56,293 bases of DNA. Source: an uncultured Methanobrevibacter sp. Lineage in GTDB: Archaea; Methanobacteriota; Methanobacteria; Methanobacteriales; Methanobacteriaceae. Numbering within the stretch: the stretch's first letter is position 1; every line of letters starts with the position of its first letter. Made by a program: the position numbers and the translations under genes. The notes beneath the pieces were generated by a model. It searched no databases, was not told the origin of the DNA, and worked only from the letters and a program-made list of their open reading frames with translations. This document shows positions 50,527-56,293 of the stretch, one piece after another. Location of the stretch: assembly GCA_900321995.1 (NCBI GenBank), contig ONYG01000232.1:1-56293 (forward strand), written 5' to 3'.

Positions 50527-50943
50527 ATGGAATTAAACTTTAGGCTCGATGTAGGTGGAGAAAAATTAATCATCGCAGTTGCACAAGACTACCAAACAAA
50601 TGAAGTTCTTATGGTAGCATTCATGAATAAGGAAGCTGTAAAACAAACATTAAAAACTAAAAAAGCACATTATTACAGCACATCACGTCAAAAACAATGG
50701 TTGAAAGGAGAAAGCTCTGGAAATGTACAGGAAGTTAAGGAAATCTACATTGACTGTGATGCAGATGCAATAATAATGAAAGTAGACCAAAAAGGTGCAG
50801 CTTGCCATGAGGGTTACAGATCATGTTTCTTTAGACAATTAGATATTGAAAAGGAAAACATTGACTTAGACAATCTTAGTGATGAAGAACTTAAAGTCAT
50901 CTGCGAAAGATTATTCGACCCAAAGGAAATGTATGGAAAATAA
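50527..50943 (+). CDS. hisI: Phosphoribosyl-AMP cyclohydrolase
   Basis: WLKGESSGN, DCDADA and ACHEGYRSCF motifs. Confidence 0.96.
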   Translation: MELNFRLDVGGEKLIIAVAQDYQTNEVLMVAFMNKEAVKQTLKTKKAHYYSTSRQKQWLKGESSGNVQEVKEIYIDCDADAIIMKVDQKGAACHEGYRSCFFRQLDIEKENIDLDNLSDEELKVICERLFDPKEMYGK

Positions 50944-51001
50944 ATAATTAAAATAAAAATTAATGAAAAATAAGTTTAATGAACTAAAAGTGAATAAATA
51001 A

Positions 51002-51113
51002 AATATTTCTAAATGATTTTATCAAAATACAATCTTTTTATAATAATTTCATTAAAACACAATATTTCTAAATGATTCATTAAAATATAATATTTCTTAT
51101 AACATCATTAAAC
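51002..51113. repeat. Four degenerate ~29-bp units upstream of the PIN-ATPase gene
   Basis: AATATTTCTAAATGATT occurs exactly at 51002 and 51061, with related units at 51031 and 51089. Confidence 0.6.
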
Positions 51114-51142
51114 TTATAAAATATTCCACAGGAAGTGATAAA

Positions 51143-53323
51143 GTGGATTTTAACGATTATGACTATGATAGTGAATATAATGACGACTATCAAAGAGAAA
51201 TTAAAAGAATCGTCCCAGACACTAGCGCTATCATAGAAGGAAATATAGAGAAACTGATAAAAGAGAAAGGCCTTAATTATCCTGAAATAATAGTTCCAGA
51301 AGCTGCAATAGCTGAACTTGAACATCAAGCAAACAATCAAAGGCCAACAGGATTAAAAGGTCTTAAAAATCTAAAAAAACTTCAGGATTTAGCTGAAATA
51401 GGTGAATTGTCAATTACCATAAAAGGCAGAAGGCCAAACAGTTTTGAGAAGTCTCATGCAAAGATTGGAGAAATTGATGGACTTATAAGAGACCTTGCAA
51501 AAGATGAACTTGCATTACTGCTAACAAGCGATAAGATCCAAGCAAGGACTGCTGAAGCGGAAGGAATTCCAACCATATACTATGCCCAAGAATATAAGGG
51601 CAATGTGGACTTGAAGATTTCAAGATTCTTTGATGAGGACACTATGAGCGTTCACTTAAAAGAGAACGTTCCCCCTATGGCTAAAAAGGGAAAACCTGGA
51701 CATATTGAACTTGTTAAGCTTGCAGAAGAGTCTTTCTCATACAAGCAATTAGAAAATATCGTAGAGGAGATCCTTGAAAAGGAAAGGTACGATCCAAAGA
51801 CCTATCTTGAGGCAGATATGGAAGGTGCAATTGTTGTACAGTCAAGAGACTTAAGAATATCAATTGCAAGACCTCCATTTTCAGAAGGCCTTGAAATAAC
51901 TGCAGTCAGACCTGTAGCTGAAGTGAGCCTTGAGGATTATGACCTTTCAGATGAGCTTATTGAAAGGCTAGTCAATAGCGCAAGAGGAATCCTAATTTCA
52001 GGAAGTCCTGGAGCAGGTAAGAGTACATTTGCCCAAGCAATAGCTAAATTCTATGATGAGGATTTAAACAAGATAGTTAAAACAATGGAATCCCCAAGAG
52101 ACTTGCAAGTAGGGGACACAATTACCCAATATGCTCCACTTGAAGGGGATATGGAAAATACAGCAGACATACTTCTTCTTGTAAGGCCAGACTTTACAAT
52201 TTATGATGAGCTTAGAAAAAACCATGACTTCAGCATCTTTGCAGATATGAGGCTTGCAGGTGTTGGAATGATTGGAGTTGTTCATGCAACAAGGCCTATT
52301 GATGCGATTCAAAGAATAGCAAGCAGGGTAGACCTTGGTACAATTCCATCCATTGTCGATACTACAATTTACATTGAAGATGGGGAAATCGCTGCAGTCT
52401 ATGAAAACAAGCTTACTGTTAAGGTTCCAACAGGAATGGAGGAAAGAGATCTCTCAAGACCTGTCATAGAAGTTAGAGACTTTAAGACAGGCACTCTTGT
52501 AAATGAGATCTACACCTATGGGGACCAGACCATTGTAATGGATATTGGAATGGTGGAAAAGTCTAAAAAGGAGAAAATGGCTAAGAAGAAAACACCAGTC
52601 CAATTGATAGCTGAGCGTGAAATCCTAAGGAACATGAAAAGAATAGCTCCTAAGGCAAGCATTGAAGTCAGCTTAGAAAGCGATAAGAGAGTCAATATCT
52701 ATATGAGTGAGAAATACATTCCAAAAATCATAGGAAAGGGAGGCAAAAGAATTGCTGAGCTTGAGCGTGACATTGGAATTAAAATGAATGTTGAGCCTCT
52801 TGAAAAGGCACCTGACAGCTTTGAAAGCAGACTTGCTGAAAGGTCACAAAAGAAAAATAAGTCAAAAAAGAATAAAAAGGAAAAGAAAAACAAAAAGCTA
52901 AAAAAGTCCCAATTAAAGGAATACAATAAACTTCTAAAGGAAGACAATCTTGGTGAAGACACATTAAAGGATTATAATAAAAACAATTATTTTGATTTGA
53001 CTGATAATGATGATTCTGAAAATCATAATAAGGATTATGATGATTCTTATGAAGATTATGATGAATTTGAAGAAAACTATGAAGAGCTTTTCTATGATAT
53101 ATTTGAGCTTTTCCCAGAGATAAGAAAAGACCATGTGGTATTGCCGATTGGAAAGAAATACGTTGGAAAATCATTTGACATTCTTATTGAAGAGGAGTAT
53201 ATCTTTACAGCAACAGTTGGCAAAAGAGGTTATGTGAAACTTCATAAGAATCTTGACTTAAGTGACAAGATCATTGTTGCTATGGATAAGGGAGAAAGAA
53301 TCATTGCAAAAGTCAGAGATTAA
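51143..53323 (+). CDS. PIN domain + VirB11/PilT-like ATPase + KH domain protein (archaeal PINA family)
   Basis: IVPDTSAII (PIN), [26 protein letters not shown] and IIGKGG (KH). Confidence 0.9.
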   Translation: MDFNDYDYDSEYNDDYQREIKRIVPDTSAIIEGNIEKLIKEKGLNYPEIIVPEAAIAELEHQANNQRPTGLKGLKNLKKLQDLAEIGELSITIKGRRPNSFEKSHAKIGEIDGLIRDLAKDELALLLTSDKIQARTAEAEGIPTIYYAQEYKGNVDLKISRFFDEDTMSVHLKENVPPMAKKGKPGHIELVKLAEESFSYKQLENIVEEILEKERYDPKTYLEADMEGAIVVQSRDLRISIARPPFSEGLEITAVRPVAEVSLEDYDLSDELIERLVNSARGILISGSPGAGKSTFAQAIAKFYDEDLNKIVKTMESPRDLQVGDTITQYAPLEGDMENTADILLLVRPDFTIYDELRKNHDFSIFADMRLAGVGMIGVVHATRPIDAIQRIASRVDLGTIPSIVDTTIYIEDGEIAAVYENKLTVKVPTGMEERDLSRPVIEVRDFKTGTLVNEIYTYGDQTIVMDIGMVEKSKKEKMAKKKTPVQLIAEREILRNMKRIAPKASIEVSLESDKRVNIYMSEKYIPKIIGKGGKRIAELERDIGIKMNVEPLEKAPDSFESRLAERSQKKNKSKKNKKEKKNKKLKKSQLKEYNKLLKEDNLGEDTLKDYNKNNYFDLTDNDDSENHNKDYDDSYEDYDEFEENYEELFYDIFELFPEIRKDHVVLPIGKKYVGKSFDILIEEEYIFTATVGKRGYVKLHKNLDLSDKIIVAMDKGERIIAKVRD

Positions 53324-53381
53324 GGCTTTGAATACAAATCAATCATATGTCAACTATTAATAAAAATTAATGAGGAATAAA

Positions 53382-54152
53382 ATGAAAATTGGAGCTTCAG
53401 TCTTTGATATAATGAATACAAGCTTAGAGGAGAATTTGGAATTCTTTGACAATAACAAACATATCGATTATGTGGAATTATGTCATGACTATCCATATGA
53501 AAATATGAATGATAATAAGGAACTTATAGACTTATTAAACTCTTATTCCCTTAAATATACAATTCATTCACCTTTAATCGATACAAATATTGCTTCACTT
53601 AACTCTACAATAGTTAAAGCATCCATTTCAGAAATGAAAGGTTCAATAGACTTGGCAAATAAGATTGACAGTGACATTGTTGTCATCCATCCTGGAAAAA
53701 TATCATTCCAAGCAATTGGCCAAGAGGAAAATGTATATGAAATAGCTAAAAATTCACTTAAAGAGATTGGAAAATATGGTGAAGATTGTGGAGTTTACCC
53801 ATGCATAGAGAATATGCCTAATATTGAAGGTTTCATGTACAAAGACATTAATCATCTAAACCAAACTCTTGAAGAACTTGACCTTCCAATGACATTGGAT
53901 ATTGGTCATGCCCATCATGCAGGATTCTCACCTAAAGAGTTTTACTTTGATAGAATTAAACACATTCATGTACATAATAATTATGGTGATGATGATACAC
54001 ACAATCAATTAAATGAAGGGACTTTTAAAGTAAATGAGTTCTTTGATATTTTTATTGATAAAAAGTATGATGGCATATATATGCTAGAGATGTTTAATAA
54101 GGATTTCATCGAAAATAGTATTGAGTATCTTAAGGACAATAAATACATTTAA
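53382..54152 (+). CDS. Sugar phosphate isomerase/epimerase (AP endonuclease 2 TIM-barrel) family protein
   Basis: TIHSP, VIHPG, IENMP, TLDIGHA, HIHVHNN and LE metal-binding motifs; second ATG has a GAGG RBS. Confidence 0.85.
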   Translation: MKIGASVFDIMNTSLEENLEFFDNNKHIDYVELCHDYPYENMNDNKELIDLLNSYSLKYTIHSPLIDTNIASLNSTIVKASISEMKGSIDLANKIDSDIVVIHPGKISFQAIGQEENVYEIAKNSLKEIGKYGEDCGVYPCIENMPNIEGFMYKDINHLNQTLEELDLPMTLDIGHAHHAGFSPKEFYFDRIKHIHVHNNYGDDDTHNQLNEGTFKVNEFFDIFIDKKYDGIYMLEMFNKDFIENSIEYLKDNKYI

Positions 54153-54364
54153 TTGTTTTTATAGGATAGAATTAATTTGGATGAATTTTGAAATTAGTTT
54201 TATAATATAAAAATTATTTTTATCATATGAAATTAATCAAAATAAGAAAAAATAAAATCAAATATTGTTTTAAAATTATAAAATAAAAATTATGAAAATA
54301 ATTAAAATTATATAAATTATTTTACAAAATCTATTATAATTAGAAAAAATATTAAGGTTAGAAT

Positions 54365-55666
54365 ATGTGGAATGAAGAAATTGAAACTATGTCTAGAGAA
54401 GACATTAGAGAACTTCAATTAAAGAAATTACAAGCAACTGTAAAAAGAGCATTTGATAAAATTCCTTTTTACAAAGAAAAATATACAGAAGCTAACGTTT
54501 TTCCAGAGGATATTGAAACTTTAAAAGATATTGAAAAATTACCATTCCTCACTAAAGATGACTTAAGAGCATGTTATCCATTTGGAATGTTTGCAGTGGA
54601 CAGAAAAGAAATCATAGAAGTTCACTCTTCATCTGGAACTACTGGAAAACCTGTTGTAAGCGGATACACCCAAAAGGATATAGACACATGGGGAGAAATC
54701 ATTGCAAGAGGCCTTACTATGATGGGTCTTGATGACGACGACATTATCCAAAATACCCACGGATATGGTTTATTCACAGGAGGATTTGGTGTACACTATG
54801 GAGCTCACAAATTAGGAGCAACAATCATACCTATTTCAACTGGACAAACAAGAAGACAAGTTGAAATCATGAAAGACTTTGGAACAACCTGTTTAATCTT
54901 TACACCATCCTATGGAATATACCTTGGGGAAGTTGCTAAGGAAGAGGGTGTAGATCCAACAAAACTCGGACTTAAGGCTATTGGATTTGGAGCAGAGATG
55001 TGGACTGCTGAAATGAGAGATAGAATAGAAGAGATTTTTAATACCAAAGCATACAATATTTACGGACTTACTGAACTTATGGGACCTGGTGTAGGTATTG
55101 AATGCTCAGCTCAAAACGGTTTACACATTGCTGAAGATTATTTCTATCCTGAAATCATCGATTCAAAAACAGGAAAAACATTGCCTGAAGGAACTAAAGG
55201 AGAACTAGTATTGACTAACCTTGAAAGGGAGGGCATGCCTGTAATCAGATTCAGAACCAAAGACCTAACTGCATTACACTATGATAAATGTGAATGTGGA
55301 AGAACCTTTGCTAGAATGGATAGAATCTCTGGAAGAGCAGATGACATGATCAAGGTAAAAGGAGTGGCTGTATTTCCTTCACAAATTGAAAAGGCACTTT
55401 TAAAAGTAAGCGACATTGAGCCACACTATCAAATCATCGTTACACGTCCAGATATAATGGATGAAATCGAGATAAAGGTAGAAGCATCTGAATCACTTTT
55501 CTCAGATGACATTAAGGAAATGATTGGCGTTAAAAATAAAATAGGAGAATATATCCAAAATGAGATTGGAATTGCAGTTAAAGTCAGCCTTGTAGCACCT
55601 AAGAGCATTCCAAGAAGTACAAAAGGTAAAATACAAAGAGTGATTGATAAACGTAACTTACATTAG
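54365..55666 (+). CDS. paaK: Phenylacetate--CoA ligase family AMP-forming ligase
   Basis: HSSSGTTGKP, YGLFTGG, YGLTELMGPG, RFRTKD and GRADDMIKVKGV motifs. Confidence 0.88.
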   Translation: MWNEEIETMSREDIRELQLKKLQATVKRAFDKIPFYKEKYTEANVFPEDIETLKDIEKLPFLTKDDLRACYPFGMFAVDRKEIIEVHSSSGTTGKPVVSGYTQKDIDTWGEIIARGLTMMGLDDDDIIQNTHGYGLFTGGFGVHYGAHKLGATIIPISTGQTRRQVEIMKDFGTTCLIFTPSYGIYLGEVAKEEGVDPTKLGLKAIGFGAEMWTAEMRDRIEEIFNTKAYNIYGLTELMGPGVGIECSAQNGLHIAEDYFYPEIIDSKTGKTLPEGTKGELVLTNLEREGMPVIRFRTKDLTALHYDKCECGRTFARMDRISGRADDMIKVKGVAVFPSQIEKALLKVSDIEPHYQIIVTRPDIMDEIEIKVEASESLFSDDIKEMIGVKNKIGEYIQNEIGIAVKVSLVAPKSIPRSTKGKIQRVIDKRNLH

Positions 55667-55691
55667 ACAGATTTTTATATAGGCGATTGAA

Positions 55692-56126
55692 ATGTACAAA
55701 ATAACACAATTATCCATATTTTTAGAAAATAAGATGGGAACTTTACACGAAGTATTAGACTTGCTTGGGGAAAATGACATTAACATAAGAGCTTTATTCT
55801 TAGCAGACACTACTGAATTTGGTATTTTAAGATTGGTTGTTAAAGACCCGGCAAAGGCTAAAGAAGTCTTAGAAAAACATAATTATATTGTAAAAAACAC
55901 CCCAATCATTGGAGCAGAACTTGATGACACTCCAGGAGGACTCGCTTCCATCCTAAAAATAATCAAGGATGAAGGAATCGATTTGGAATACCTTTATGCT
56001 TTTACTCATGAAAAAACTGAAAAGGCTATTCTCTTATTGCAAACTGAAGATTTAGATGAGTTAATTAATATATTATCTGCTTATAAAGTACCTTTAGTCC
56101 CTGCTGAAGAAGTATATAATTTATAA
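55692..56126 (+). CDS. Tandem ACT-domain protein, typical paaK neighbour
   Basis: QLSIFLEN..G.L, DTTEFGILRL, DTPGGLA and EYLYAF motifs. Confidence 0.88.
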   Translation: MYKITQLSIFLENKMGTLHEVLDLLGENDINIRALFLADTTEFGILRLVVKDPAKAKEVLEKHNYIVKNTPIIGAELDDTPGGLASILKIIKDEGIDLEYLYAFTHEKTEKAILLLQTEDLDELINILSAYKVPLVPAEEVYNL

Positions 56127-56135
56127 ACTATTTAA

Positions 56136-56161
56136 GAACTTATAATTAAATTTATAAGTTC
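56136..56161 (+). terminator. Hairpin after the ACT gene followed by a pyrimidine tract
   Basis: GAACTTATAA-TTAAAT-TTATAAGTTC followed by CTTCTTTCTATTTTTT. Confidence 0.55.
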
Positions 56162-56293
56162 CTTCTTTCTATTTTTTAAAAAAAAACTTTCTAATCTAAA
56201 AACAACACTACTTTTATAAAAAATCTAATTTAAAATAAGTCTTTTTGAATAATTTTTTAATAATAACAATAAAAAAAAAAAAAAAAAAATAAA

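Noticed and set aside
51143..53323. VapC toxin or pilus retraction ATPase
   Set aside because: The PIN-ATPase-KH layout matches the conserved archaeal PINA family, with no antitoxin or pilus operon adjacent.
56271..56293. Long poly-A run
   Set aside because: It lies at the window edge and cannot be interpreted; it is likely an opposite-strand terminator tract or a homopolymer artefact.

Overview
This is a very AT-rich archaeal chromosomal window whose gene content and adhesin style point to a Methanobacteriales methanogen, most likely Methanobrevibacter. It is mostly housekeeping: guaB (5' part), mfnB, ribC, uvrC, phosphopantothenate synthetase, tmk, dph6, pyrG, aroE, hisS, hisI, a PIN/ATPase/KH protein and paaK-ACT. 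It also carries two large adhesin-like genes, a cobamide salvage cluster (CbrT-type ECF transporter, cbiZ, cbiO) and a class III (pilin-like) substrate next to a frameshifted prepilin peptidase. I saw no rRNA, tRNA, CRISPR array, transposase or integrase. The most unusual element is a 1385-aa protein (41573-45730, minus strand) that joins an N-terminal DUF4145/HEPN-like domain with an intact RxxxxH motif (RNIATH) to nine AP2-like DNA-binding repeats. It lies between a MazG-like pyrophosphatase and an uncharacterised 375-aa gene, and is a candidate DNA-sensing nuclease or antiviral module. Other observations: pyrG appears to start at CTG and cbiO at ATT, an ~11-copy 17-bp array overlaps an adhesin stop codon, and many intergenic tandem duplications occur. 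All family assignments come from reading motifs by eye; no database search was run.
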